Positions 19,654 to 29,218 of a stretch of 64,000 nt of DNA are shown in pieces. Position 1 is the stretch's first letter. Each line of letters opens with the position of its first letter. The DNA lies in assembly GCA_029242355.1 (NCBI GenBank), contig JAQWUC010000068.1:55797-119796 (forward strand), read 5' to 3'. Below the pieces are notes generated by a model. It did not search any database. It was not told the DNA's origin and was given only the letters and a program-made list of their open reading frames with translations. Both the position numbers and the translations under genes were made by a program. Source of the stretch: Paracoccaceae bacterium. GTDB lineage: Bacteria > Pseudomonadota > Alphaproteobacteria > Rhodobacterales > Rhodobacteraceae.

Positions 19654-20594
19654 TGTATATAGACATCAATAAAGTAACCACTATATCAAGCCTTGGAGGA
19701 GGGCCAATTGGTGCAGGTTGGGCCGCACATTTTTTGTCAAAAGGGTTTAAAGTAAAAAGTTATATTCACGACATTGAAGAAAAATCAAGTTACGAAACTA
19801 TTATTAAAACAGCATGGAAAAGTTTGAAAGAAATGGGGTTACATGAAGAGGCTTCATTAAAAAACTTAACAATAAGCTCTAGCCTTGAAGAAGTTCTTCA
19901 CGAAACACATTTTGTGCAAGAAAGTATTCCCGAAATACTAGAATTGAAATCAAATTTCTACAAGATACTTGGGGAACTACTTCCAGAGCAAATTATAATA
20001 GCATCATCCACCTCAGGTCTGACGATGACGGAGATTCAAAAACTCTGTGGGACACCAGAGAGAACGGTTATAGGACACCCTTTTAACCCTCCTTACCTCT
20101 TACCTTTAGTTGAAATAGTTGGTGGAAAAAAAACTGCTGCATCAACGATTGACTGGGCATTCTCTTTTTATCAAAGTGCTGGGAAAAAACCTCTTGCCAT
20201 GAAAAAAGAAATTCCAGGTTTTGTTGCTACCCGTCTTCAAGAGGCTCTCTGGCGAGAAGCCTTGCACATGGTGGCCGCCGGAGAGGCAACACCAGAACAG
20301 ATTGATACTGCTTTGATAAATGGACCCGCTCCAAGAATGGCTGTACAAGGGCAATGCATGGCTTTTCACGTAGCATGTGGGTCTGGAGGCATGGCAACTA
20401 ATTTAGATCAGTTTGGACCAGCATTAAAGTTACCATGGACGCGGCTTAAAGCTCCTGAGCTCACAGATAGCTTGCGAAATCAAATGGTCGAAGGTTGCGA
20501 AACTATGTCAAAAGGAAAGGGTTTTGAAGAAATGGCCCGCCAACGTGATAAATCAATCGTAGCTATTCTAAATGCAATTAAAGACAGCAGATAG
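19653..20594 (+). CDS. L-carnitine-dehydrogenase-family 3-hydroxyacyl dehydrogenase (short form, no thioesterase domain)
   Basis: GGGPIGAGWAAHF Rossmann motif, SSTSGL, IGHPFNPPYLLPLVEIVGG, EIPGFVATRLQEALWREALHMV, FGPALKLPWT. TAATG overlap with caiD. Confidence 0.75.
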   Translation: MYIDINKVTTISSLGGGPIGAGWAAHFLSKGFKVKSYIHDIEEKSSYETIIKTAWKSLKEMGLHEEASLKNLTISSSLEEVLHETHFVQESIPEILELKSNFYKILGELLPEQIIIASSTSGLTMTEIQKLCGTPERTVIGHPFNPPYLLPLVEIVGGKKTAASTIDWAFSFYQSAGKKPLAMKKEIPGFVATRLQEALWREALHMVAAGEATPEQIDTALINGPAPRMAVQGQCMAFHVACGSGGMATNLDQFGPALKLPWTRLKAPELTDSLRNQMVEGCETMSKGKGFEEMARQRDKSIVAILNAIKDSR

Positions 20595-20616
20595 TGCGGA
20601 TTTTCTTAGATACAGG

Positions 20617-21660
20617 TCAAAGGCTTCTCTTTGCTTTGCCTTCTAAATTTTCTAAATACCTGGATAAGGTGCCAGGCCAGCTTGGTTTTTTCTCTGACTC
20701 AGGCCACGCCATTCGATAATCGCTAGGTCTTCGACCAAAACAATTTTTAAATGCATATGCGAAATGAGACAAAGTGTTAAACCCAGAGGCTGTAGCAATT
20801 TCTCTTACACTTAGCTTTGTTGCGATCAAAAGAACTCGTGCGTGCTGCAAACGAGCTAACAATCCAAATTGCACAACAGAGCACCCAATCGACTTATTAA
20901 ACTGCCTCTCTAACTGGCGTTGTGAAACTCCAACAAAATGAGCAAGTTCAGGAACAGTTGCTGGCTCACTAATATTTTGTTCGATATACTTAATCGTTTT
21001 TGCGACTAAAGGTAAAAGTTCATCACTATTTCGACCTAGAATTTGCCTTTGTGGACTGCCTCCACTCCGAGGTGGATGATACAACATTTGATCAGCAATT
21101 TCTCCTGACAGCCTTGATCCATGTTCATCTCGAATCAATTTAAGCATCAAATCAATGCCAGAAAAACCGCCGGCACAAGAAATTATTTTATCATTAATTG
21201 TAAAAAGCTGTTCAGATACTTCAATTTCTGAAAATTGTTCTTGAAAGCCTGGGAGCCATGACCAATGAGTTGTTAATTTTTTTCCTGCCAACAGGCCAGC
21301 ACGAGCCACAATATAACACCCTAATTCGACGGAGCATATTTGAGCCCCAAGCGAATATTGTTTTCTAACCCAGGCTGTAAGTTCTCGCCTTGCGTAGTGT
21401 TCACAACCCCAACTGCCCACAATGAAAATTAAATCTTGTCTTTTAATCGTCTCGATAGGCGTTACCGTAGAGATTTCCATCCCATTACTTGCCAATACGA
21501 CTGGACCTTCAAAAGACGAAATCTCCCAAGAATAAAGTTCCTTTAAAGATAAATAATTTGCGACACGCATTGGCTCTATAAGACTGACGAGAGTAGCCAT
21601 ATTGAATCGTGGAACTACAATGAAGGTGGCATTTAATGTCTTATTGCCTTTTTTTTCCAT
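20617..21660 (-). CDS. GlxA-family transcriptional regulator (DJ-1/PfpI-like domain plus AraC HTH), CdhR/GbdR-like
   Basis: 347 aa. The N-terminal amidotransferase-like domain is followed by an AraC-type HTH (VPELAHFVGVSQRQLERQF...SGFNTLSHFAYAFKNCFGRRPSDYR). It is divergent from the BKACE operon. Confidence 0.85.
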   Translation of the reverse strand: MEKKGNKTLNATFIVVPRFNMATLVSLIEPMRVANYLSLKELYSWEISSFEGPVVLASNGMEISTVTPIETIKRQDLIFIVGSWGCEHYARRELTAWVRKQYSLGAQICSVELGCYIVARAGLLAGKKLTTHWSWLPGFQEQFSEIEVSEQLFTINDKIISCAGGFSGIDLMLKLIRDEHGSRLSGEIADQMLYHPPRSGGSPQRQILGRNSDELLPLVAKTIKYIEQNISEPATVPELAHFVGVSQRQLERQFNKSIGCSVVQFGLLARLQHARVLLIATKLSVREIATASGFNTLSHFAYAFKNCFGRRPSDYRMAWPESEKKPSWPGTLSRYLENLEGKAKRSL

Positions 21661-21745
21661 TACACCAACACATACGAATAAATTTCCAAAGTAAATTCGC
21701 CTAATGGGTCAACATTTTGTCGAATTAACGATACTATATCGTGCT

Positions 21746-21764
21746 CACTAGTTCAAAACTAGTG
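21746..21764 (+). promoter_or_regulatory. Perfect 8-bp inverted repeat (CACTAGTT-caa-AACTAGTG) just 5' of the BKACE ribosome-binding site
   Basis: Read directly from the sequence. It ends 2 nt before AAAAGGAG and 18 nt before the TTG start at 21782. It could be an operator or an RNA hairpin. Confidence 0.3.
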
Positions 21765-21781
21765 GAAAAGGAGTATTAGTA

Positions 21782-22678
21782 TTGAATTTTAACGTAATCG
21801 TAACGTGCGCAGTAACAGGTGCTGGAGACACAACAGACAAAAGCCCTCATGTTCCAGTAACTCCTAAGGAAATAGCTAATTCGGCAATTGACGCCGCTAA
21901 AGCTGGAGCATCAGTAGTGCATATACATGTAAGAGATCCGAAAACTGGAAAAGGCTCAAGGGATCCAGAGTTATTTCATGAGGTAGTAACGCGAATACGA
22001 GCAAGTAACACAGATGTCGTTATTAATTTAACAGCCGGAATGGGTGGCGATTGGGTTCCAGACCCTCAAAACTTATCAATGCCTGGCGCCGGGACAGACA
22101 TGATTGGACCAGAAGACCGTTTACGACATGTCCAAGAGTGCCTTCCTGAAATATGCTCTCTAGATTGTGGAACACTTAATTTTGGAAATGACAACAGTAT
22201 TTATATTTCAACACCCCCAATATTACGTAAAATGGCTGAATTGACACAAAAATGGAATGTTAAACCTGAACTTGAAGTTTTTGAACTAGGCCACATCAGA
22301 TTCGCCACGCAAATGATTGCGGAGGGCCTCATAGATTCTCCACCAATGTTCCAGATTTGCTTAGGAATTCCATGGGGGGCAGATCAAAGTGTCGACACAA
22401 TGAAAGCAATGAAAGATCATTTGCCCTCAGAGGCGAGTTGGGCTGGCTTTGGAATTTCAAGAATGCAAATACCAATGGCAGTCGCCGCCGTCACACTTGG
22501 AGGAAATGTCCGTGTTGGGTTGGAGGATAACATATTTTTAGAAAAAGGTATTTTAGCCTCAAATGCTGAATTGGTAGAAAAAGCAATCAAACTAATCGAA
22601 ATGATGGGAGCAAAAGTACTTACACCAGCACAAACCAGAGAAAAACTAAATTTAAAAAAAATGAACCCTCAAAGATGA
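21782..22678 (+). CDS. BKACE-family (DUF849) beta-keto acid cleavage enzyme, dehydrocarnitine-cleavage-type
   Basis: [26 protein letters not shown] and [14 protein letters not shown] are hallmark BKACE motifs. TTG start. Confidence 0.85.
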   Translation: MNFNVIVTCAVTGAGDTTDKSPHVPVTPKEIANSAIDAAKAGASVVHIHVRDPKTGKGSRDPELFHEVVTRIRASNTDVVINLTAGMGGDWVPDPQNLSMPGAGTDMIGPEDRLRHVQECLPEICSLDCGTLNFGNDNSIYISTPPILRKMAELTQKWNVKPELEVFELGHIRFATQMIAEGLIDSPPMFQICLGIPWGADQSVDTMKAMKDHLPSEASWAGFGISRMQIPMAVAAVTLGGNVRVGLEDNIFLEKGILASNAELVEKAIKLIEMMGAKVLTPAQTREKLNLKKMNPQR

Positions 22679-22724
22679 TCGATTATAAATTTACAAAAAC
22701 TAGTTTGTATCAGGCTTTTCTAAA

Positions 22725-23879
22725 ATGAATCACACTCACGAAAACCAATTGTTATTAAAAACTGTTAAATCCTTTATGGAGAAAGAAATCTACCCTCATG
22801 AGGCGGGCGTAGATAAGGATGGGTACGTATCAGACGAACTCGGACGGCACATTGAAAAAAAATCAATTGAGATTGGCCTTTATGCAGCCAACCTACCAGA
22901 AAAAGTCGGTGGTGGCGGTTTAGATTATCACGGGATGGCTTTGCTTGAAAGAGAATATGGAAAAACTAGCCACGCACTGCACTCCTGGATTGGTCGACCA
23001 ACAGAAATTTTATTGGCGTGCGAAGGCGAGCAAATACAAAAATATCTTACCCCATGCGTGAAAGCAGAAAAGCGAGAACTGTTTGCCCTAACAGAACCAG
23101 AGGCTGGATCAGATATTATGAGTATGAAATCTAATGCAAAAAAAGATGGAGGAGACTGGATCCTAAACGGTTCAAAACATTTTATCTCAGGCCCATGTCT
23201 CCCAGACTTTGCAATTGTTTTTGCGAGTACAGGAGAAAATAATACACCTAGAGGAACTCGAAAAAGGATCACCGCCTTTCTTGTGGATGTGGGAACAAAA
23301 GGGTTCGACATCCAAGAAGGAAATAAGTGTGTGAGCTACCGCGGATATAAAAATTTTCAACTCAGCTTCAATAATGTTCGCCTAAGCTCGGACCAAATCT
23401 TGGGTCAAGAAGGTTTGGGGTTAGAGTTATCATCCAAATGGCTCAGTATGGGAAGGATATGGGTTGGAGCAACCTGTTGTGGCAAAGCAGAACGTATATT
23501 TGAGTTAGCGAAGGACTGGGCGGCAACTCGAAAACAATTTGGAAAATCTATTGGATCATTTCAAGCTACCGGTTTTCGTTTAGCCGATATGGCAATTGGA
23601 TTAAAAACTGCTGACTTGTTAGTAACTGATGCAGTAACTCAGGCAAACGAAGGCAAAATGAGTGATGCCGATGCAGCAATGGTAAAAGTATATTGTTCTG
23701 AAATGCTGAATAAGGCAGCTGATGATACTGTGCAAATTTTCGGAGGCATGGGGCTTATGGAAGAGTTGCCCATTGAACGCTTGTGGCGAGACTCTCGGTT
23801 AGAACGAATTTGGGATGGAACTTCCGAAATTCAGAAACATATAATAACTCGTTCAATTCTAAGACCCTTGGGCGGATGA
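22725..23879 (+). CDS. Acyl-CoA dehydrogenase
   Basis: ALTEPEAGSD, KHFISG, QIFGGMGLMEE and RIWDGTSEIQ motifs. 384 aa. Confidence 0.9.
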   Translation: MNHTHENQLLLKTVKSFMEKEIYPHEAGVDKDGYVSDELGRHIEKKSIEIGLYAANLPEKVGGGGLDYHGMALLEREYGKTSHALHSWIGRPTEILLACEGEQIQKYLTPCVKAEKRELFALTEPEAGSDIMSMKSNAKKDGGDWILNGSKHFISGPCLPDFAIVFASTGENNTPRGTRKRITAFLVDVGTKGFDIQEGNKCVSYRGYKNFQLSFNNVRLSSDQILGQEGLGLELSSKWLSMGRIWVGATCCGKAERIFELAKDWAATRKQFGKSIGSFQATGFRLADMAIGLKTADLLVTDAVTQANEGKMSDADAAMVKVYCSEMLNKAADDTVQIFGGMGLMEELPIERLWRDSRLERIWDGTSEIQKHIITRSILRPLGG

Positions 23880-25969
23880 ACCCTGTTAAAAAAGAAAATC
23901 TTAAAAGGTTGATGTCTCCAAAAAATATAGCATTTTTTGGAGGAAATGACGTTGAGGTTGCAATTGCAGAAGCTCAAAGACGTGGTTTTAAAGGCCCAAT
24001 CTGGCCAGTAAACCCAAACAGAAAAAATATTTTAGGTATAAAGTGTTTCAAATCCGTCAACGAATTACCAGCTTCACCAGATGCAAGCTTTATCGCAGTA
24101 CCCTCAAGGTATGTTACTACAATAATCAAAGATTTGTCTAACGTAGGGGCTGGTGGGGCAGTTTGCTATTCAGCAGGATTTGGTGAAACTGGAACACAAG
24201 GAAAGCTTTTAGAAAAAGAATTAGCTGCCATAGCCGATAATATGCCAATTATCGGTCCAAATTGTTACGGATTCATTAACTACCTAAGCAACGTAGCATT
24301 ATGGCCCTTTGCCCATGGAGGCATGTCACCAGGGTACGGCGCCGCCATAATTACACAAAGTGGTATGCTGTCTTCAGACATAACCATGACAGATAGATCA
24401 ATACCATTAACTCATATGATTTCAGTAGGAAATCAAGCATCCGTGAGTATAGAGGACTTAATCGATCTTCTCTGCGAAAACCCAAAAGTCAAAGCTATAG
24501 GGGTTCACATTGAAGGAATAAAAAATATTAGGAAACTACATGACGTAGCTTTAAAAGCACTCAAAAAAAATGTTCCCATTGTCGCCCTGAAAACAGGAAC
24601 TTCCACCGTTGGAGAAAAACTAACGGCTACACACACTGGTTCTTTATCAGGAGAAGATAGACTCTATGACGCGTTATTTGAAAGAACTGGAATTATAAGA
24701 GTTGGAAGCCCCATACTCTTCCTTGAGCTTCTTAAGTTATTATGCGTGTCAGGAGTTCCAAGAAACAATACATTAGTGGCATTTACCTGTTCTGGAGGCG
24801 GTGCGACCATGATAGCCGATTATTCAGAAAAAACTGGCCTTATCCTACCGCCTCATAATCAAAATAGTAAAATAAAACTTCAAAATTTGTTACCAAATAT
24901 TGCAACAGTTTCAAATCCGTTAGATTATACGACACCAATTTGGGGCAATCAGGAAAAAACTGGCCCCATATTTTTAACAGCGATGAGAGGATCTCGAGCT
25001 TCGACGGCACTCTTGTTACAAGATTACCCAGCTCAAGGTTTAAACGAATCAGAAACATCTTACTCTAACGACGCCACTGCGTTCATAAAAGCTGCAAAGG
25101 CTTCAAATATGCCCGCCATCATCTGTTCCACCTTTCCAGAAAATATGAAAGGTACAATTAGAGAAAATTTCCTAAAACAAAACATTTCACCAATGCTGGG
25201 CATAGAAAATACTATAGAATCAATCAAACTAGCCTCTGATTATAAAGCAAAGCAGAGGCGTGTAGAGCAAATATCCGTAGAGCCTCTTTCAAAAATACCG
25301 AATTATAAAAAGTTAACATTCTTAAACGAGTCAGAAAGTAAGTCTGCATTGAACAAAGTTGGAGTATCAACTCCCAAAGGACAACGAATAACTTTTCAAG
25401 AAATAGAAACAACCAAAATTATATTAGAATTTCCCGTAGCACTCAAACTAATTAATAAAACAATTATCCATAAAACTGAGTATGGAGCTATCAAGACCGA
25501 CATTAAATCAAAAGATCAGCTTGTTAAAGAAATAAGGTTTATGCATGATCATCTCAAAAAAACTTTAAAAAGCGATTTTGACGATAAATTCCTGATTGAG
25601 GAAATGCAACCAACTCCCATTGTAGAAATGATTATTGGCATAGAACCAAACCCACAATTTGGATATTCACTTTTAATTGGTACTGGTGGTATACAAGCAG
25701 AGATTATGAATGATACTATTTCACTTTTAATTCCAACCAACAGAGATGAAATAATTAAATCAATAAAAAATTTAAAACTTTACAAATTGATGGATAATTT
25801 TCGGTCAAATAAAAGAGTTGATCTTCACAAATTGGCGTCAGATATAATAAAGATTGCTTCTATGATACAGACGAGCAACAAGTCTTATTCAAGTATAGAA
25901 ATAAATCCTCTTTTTGTTTACGCAACTGCAACTTGCGCAGTGGATGCAGTGATCGGATCTGTCGCGTAA
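23876..25969 (+). CDS. ADP-forming acyl-CoA synthetase family protein (CoA-binding plus ATP-grasp domains)
   Basis: N-terminal CoA-binding pattern (KNIAFFGGND...IWPVNPN...SPDASFIAVP), IIGPNCYGFIN, and a C-terminal ATP-grasp-like region. The ATG at 23876 overlaps the ACAD stop (ATGA), so the track's upstream extension is rejected. Confidence 0.8.
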   Translation: MNPVKKENLKRLMSPKNIAFFGGNDVEVAIAEAQRRGFKGPIWPVNPNRKNILGIKCFKSVNELPASPDASFIAVPSRYVTTIIKDLSNVGAGGAVCYSAGFGETGTQGKLLEKELAAIADNMPIIGPNCYGFINYLSNVALWPFAHGGMSPGYGAAIITQSGMLSSDITMTDRSIPLTHMISVGNQASVSIEDLIDLLCENPKVKAIGVHIEGIKNIRKLHDVALKALKKNVPIVALKTGTSTVGEKLTATHTGSLSGEDRLYDALFERTGIIRVGSPILFLELLKLLCVSGVPRNNTLVAFTCSGGGATMIADYSEKTGLILPPHNQNSKIKLQNLLPNIATVSNPLDYTTPIWGNQEKTGPIFLTAMRGSRASTALLLQDYPAQGLNESETSYSNDATAFIKAAKASNMPAIICSTFPENMKGTIRENFLKQNISPMLGIENTIESIKLASDYKAKQRRVEQISVEPLSKIPNYKKLTFLNESESKSALNKVGVSTPKGQRITFQEIETTKIILEFPVALKLINKTIIHKTEYGAIKTDIKSKDQLVKEIRFMHDHLKKTLKSDFDDKFLIEEMQPTPIVEMIIGIEPNPQFGYSLLIGTGGIQAEIMNDTISLLIPTNRDEIIKSIKNLKLYKLMDNFRSNKRVDLHKLASDIIKIASMIQTSNKSYSSIEINPLFVYATATCAVDAVIGSVA

Positions 25970-25981
25970 GTTAGATAAAAA

Positions 25982-27028
25982 TTACTTGTAACGCTCGGAT
26001 ACTGCACTTTCATCTCTTCGAACCAAAGCACCTATTGCTGAGTCAAGAGTAACACTGCCTAAATTTTTATTTTCCTCATCAATAACAGCAAATGATTTTG
26101 TTTTTGCTTTATTTAACAAGGGCAACGCTTCCTCTACAGACATTTTATGACTAAGACCAGTCCCAGTACCTTTAGTTTTTGAATCCATGATTGAACGTAA
26201 TTCAATAACACGACTTCTATTAATATCCTTGATAAAATCGGTTATGTATGCATCAGCGGGGTTCATTATAATATCTTGAGGATCTCCCTTTTGGATCACT
26301 TTTCCGTCTCTCAATATTGCAATATTATCGCCAATTCTTAAAGCCTCATCAAGATCGTGAGTTATAAATATGATCGTTTTGTGCAATTCTTCTTGAAGTT
26401 CGAGAAGGATGTTCTGCATATCAGTCCTTATTAGAGGATCAAGAGCAGAAAATGCCTCATCCATCAAAAGTATTGGGGCATCGGTAGCTAAAGCTCTCGC
26501 CAAGCCAACTCTTTGTTGCATCCCCCCTGAAAGCTGTGCAGGAAATCGGTCTTCAAAGCCACCAAGCCCAACTCGGTCAATCCATGTGTGGCTTTGATCT
26601 TTTGCATCTTTCTCTTTTACCCCTTGAATTGTGAGACCATAAGCAACATTTTGTGAAACAGTTTTATGTGGCAAAAGTGCAAACTTTTGAAATACCATTG
26701 ATGTAACTTTTCTACGAAACTCTCTAAGCTGGGCGGGCGACATTGCTAATACATTTTCTCCGTCCACAAAGAGCTCGCCCGACGTAGGCTCAATTAATCT
26801 ATTTATATGTCGAATTAATGTTGACTTGCCCGAACCAGAAAGGCCCATTATTACTTGTACTTTGCGCTCTGGAATCGATAAGTTGATGTTATTCAGACCA
26901 AGCACATGATTATGCTTATCAAGGAGTTCCTGCTTGGACATTCCTTCGTTCACGGAGTTTACATACCTACCAGCATTTGGGCCAAAAATCTTATAAAGGT
27001 TTTTAATTATTAACTTAAAGTTACTCAT
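25982..27028 (-). CDS. proV: Glycine betaine/proline-type ABC transporter ATPase with C-terminal CBS domains
   Basis: MSNFKLIIKNLYKIFGP parallels the E. coli ProV N-terminus. Walker A is GLSGSGKST, the signature is LSGGMQQRV and Walker B is LLMDEAFSALD. The start ATG overlaps the proW stop. Confidence 0.85.
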   Translation of the reverse strand: MSNFKLIIKNLYKIFGPNAGRYVNSVNEGMSKQELLDKHNHVLGLNNINLSIPERKVQVIMGLSGSGKSTLIRHINRLIEPTSGELFVDGENVLAMSPAQLREFRRKVTSMVFQKFALLPHKTVSQNVAYGLTIQGVKEKDAKDQSHTWIDRVGLGGFEDRFPAQLSGGMQQRVGLARALATDAPILLMDEAFSALDPLIRTDMQNILLELQEELHKTIIFITHDLDEALRIGDNIAILRDGKVIQKGDPQDIIMNPADAYITDFIKDINRSRVIELRSIMDSKTKGTGTGLSHKMSVEEALPLLNKAKTKSFAVIDEENKNLGSVTLDSAIGALVRRDESAVSERYK

Positions 27029-27911
27029 GTTCTTTACCATATCTGTGGGCTTGGAGCCTCTTACCATACCTTTGAGAAACACGATCAAAAATTATTGCTA
27101 GCGCCACAATAGCTAGTCCATTCATTAATCCAAGAGTTAAATACTGGTTCTGAATTGATTGTAGTACTGGCATTCCTAACCCCTTAACACCAATCATAGA
27201 GGCAATAACAACCATTGCTAAAGCCATCATGATGGTCTGATTAACCCCCGCAAAAATGTTTGGTAAAGCCAAAGGTAGTTGTACCGAAAAAAGCTTTTGC
27301 CGATAATCAGATCCAAAGGCTTCAGCCGCCTCAAGAATTTCTTTATCTACTAAACGAATACCTAAATTCGTTAGCCTGATAACTGGCGGAACAGCGTAAA
27401 CACAAACAGCAATTAGTCCAGGGACACGTCCTATTCCCAAAAGCATTACAACTGGAAGCAAATAAACAAAAATTGGAATAGTTTGCATAAGATCTAATAT
27501 TGGTGTTATTGCAGACTGAACTCTGTCGTAGCGAGACATAATAATACCAATCGGGATACCTACGGCAATACACATTATAGTTGCCACCGAAATAAGAGAA
27601 ATGGTAGCCATCATATCTTTCCACATACCGAAGTACCCAATTACCATGAAAGCTAGAATTGACCCAATTGCAAGCTTTACACTTCTAGAACCTAGATAAG
27701 CCAATCCACCAACTAAAACTAATATTAGAGGCCATGGAGCTGCAATTAAGAGTTTCTCTAACCTTACTAAAAAGAAATACAAAGGATCAAAAAAAGCCTC
27801 TATCCCGTCGCCATAGGTTCTAGAAAACTTTTTAAATGCGCCATCTATTCCTTTTTTTAAATCGCGCAAATCACGCTTACCGAGGCTCGGAATTTCAGTC
27901 CAAAAATCCAT
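27021..27911 (-). CDS. proW: Glycine betaine/proline-type ABC transporter permease
   Basis: 296-aa polytopic protein between proV and the SBP, with a typical OpuAB/ProW-like core. Confidence 0.85.
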   Translation of the reverse strand: MDFWTEIPSLGKRDLRDLKKGIDGAFKKFSRTYGDGIEAFFDPLYFFLVRLEKLLIAAPWPLILVLVGGLAYLGSRSVKLAIGSILAFMVIGYFGMWKDMMATISLISVATIMCIAVGIPIGIIMSRYDRVQSAITPILDLMQTIPIFVYLLPVVMLLGIGRVPGLIAVCVYAVPPVIRLTNLGIRLVDKEILEAAEAFGSDYRQKLFSVQLPLALPNIFAGVNQTIMMALAMVVIASMIGVKGLGMPVLQSIQNQYLTLGLMNGLAIVALAIIFDRVSQRYGKRLQAHRYGKEHE

Positions 27912-27954
27912 CTCAAGTTTCCCAGTTGTCTTTATTTATATTATTTAAGAAAAT

Positions 27955-27982
27955 GCTCGAAGTGCCCTCAAGCACTCCGAGC
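27955..27982 (-). terminator. Intercistronic hairpin plus U-tract after the betaine-type SBP gene
   Basis: 11-bp stem (GCUCGGAGUGC / GCACUUCGAGC on the minus RNA) followed by AUUUUCUU. One position is G-U on the sense strand only. Confidence 0.45.
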
Positions 27983-27995
27983 CTAAAACGTACCC

Positions 27996-28997
27996 TTAAA
28001 GAGCTGCTTTTACTTTAGCAGCAACTTCTGCGGTTACCCAGCTAGTCCATACATCCTCATGTGCGCTTAAAAATTCTAATGCGGCATCAGGACCGTCTGC
28101 TTGGTTATCATCCATGTAAACGAGCATTTGACCCATAATTGGACCTGGAAAGATTCTCTTTGAGAAATAATCCATTGCTTCCGAAGCTTGGTCCTTAAAA
28201 TTTGTCGTTACAACTGTATGTACTTCAGATTCTGTCCAAGAAGATGGCTTTGGATCATCACACTCTTGCTCTGATTTAGCGATACAACCATCCCAATTAT
28301 CAGCTCCTGCAAAAGGAACTCCAAAATCCATCATTTGCATGTTATATCGTCCTATTGGAGCAGTTGGAGCCCAATAGTAACCGAACCAATTGTCTCCTCT
28401 TTCGACAGCTTTCGCCATTGAAGCATCCAAACCTGCTTGAGAACCTGGATCTACCAAAATCCAACCCTTCTTTTCCATTTCGAAGGCGCGGAAGAGGTTT
28501 ATGTTAGATAGCTGGCACCCCCAACCTGCAGGACACCCTATAAATTCTCCCTTGGACGGATCCTCTTTTGCTGGGAAAAGATCTGGTCTATCAAGGATAT
28601 CAAGTACAGTCTTTAACCCAGGATTCTGCTCTTTTGTATATGAAGGAACCCACCAGCCCTCTCCGAGGTCAGTTATTGGCATTTTTCTTGCTGAATGAAG
28701 GCGCCCTTCATCCATTGCCGCAAAGAGTGGCTCTCTGACTGCATTTATCCATAACTCTGCCGCCACATCAGGTTGCCCTTTTTCGTTCATGGAAGCAAAA
28801 GTAGTTGTAGTAGCTCCCGCAATCATTTCGATTTGACAACCGAAACCTTCTTCCAATATTATTTTATCTACGTTAGCCATTAATGTAGCTGAAGGCCAAT
28901 TCATATCAGCCATCGATATATCGCCACATGCTGCGAAAGCTTGCCCTGAAAGGGTCATAGTAGCCGCTGCAATACTAGAAAATAGAATTTTCTTCAT
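27996..28997 (-). CDS. Quaternary-amine (glycine betaine/carnitine/choline-type) ABC substrate-binding protein
   Basis: Signal peptide MKKILFSSIAAATMTLSGQAFA, a Trp-rich ProX-like protein of 333 aa, first gene of the proXWV-like operon. Ligand identity cannot be read from the sequence. Confidence 0.8.
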   Translation of the reverse strand: MKKILFSSIAAATMTLSGQAFAACGDISMADMNWPSATLMANVDKIILEEGFGCQIEMIAGATTTTFASMNEKGQPDVAAELWINAVREPLFAAMDEGRLHSARKMPITDLGEGWWVPSYTKEQNPGLKTVLDILDRPDLFPAKEDPSKGEFIGCPAGWGCQLSNINLFRAFEMEKKGWILVDPGSQAGLDASMAKAVERGDNWFGYYWAPTAPIGRYNMQMMDFGVPFAGADNWDGCIAKSEQECDDPKPSSWTESEVHTVVTTNFKDQASEAMDYFSKRIFPGPIMGQMLVYMDDNQADGPDAALEFLSAHEDVWTSWVTAEVAAKVKAAL

Positions 28998-29218
28998 TAG
29001 TTTTACTCTCCCAATTTATTTTAAAAAGGATATTTTTTTAATCCTGACCAACCATATAGCAAACTTTCAAGAAAAAGCAAAACTTGTTATTTATTTTTTC
29101 AATTGAACATAATTGTCTTAAGAAAATTCCAGTAAGGAATAACCCACTAAAGTCGCATTTACTGAATCTTTATCTCAAATAACTAGTTTTTTTCAATCTC
29201 ACTTAATTTAAAAAATCA

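Noticed and set aside
25982-28997. Naming the ProXWV-type system specifically as the carnitine (CaiX-type) transporter.
   Set aside because: Its position next to module A makes this plausible. However, betaine, choline and carnitine SBPs cannot be told apart by eye from the sequence, so it is left as a quaternary-amine transporter.
21746-29188. Recurrence of the palindrome AACTAGTT / ACTAGT (21746-21764, 22698-22705, 29181-29188) as a possible shared regulatory motif.
   Set aside because: By rough estimate, an AT-rich 8-mer palindrome is expected about twice by chance in 64 kb of this composition, and the sites are in unrelated contexts. Only the perfect hairpin at 21746-21764 is kept as a finding.
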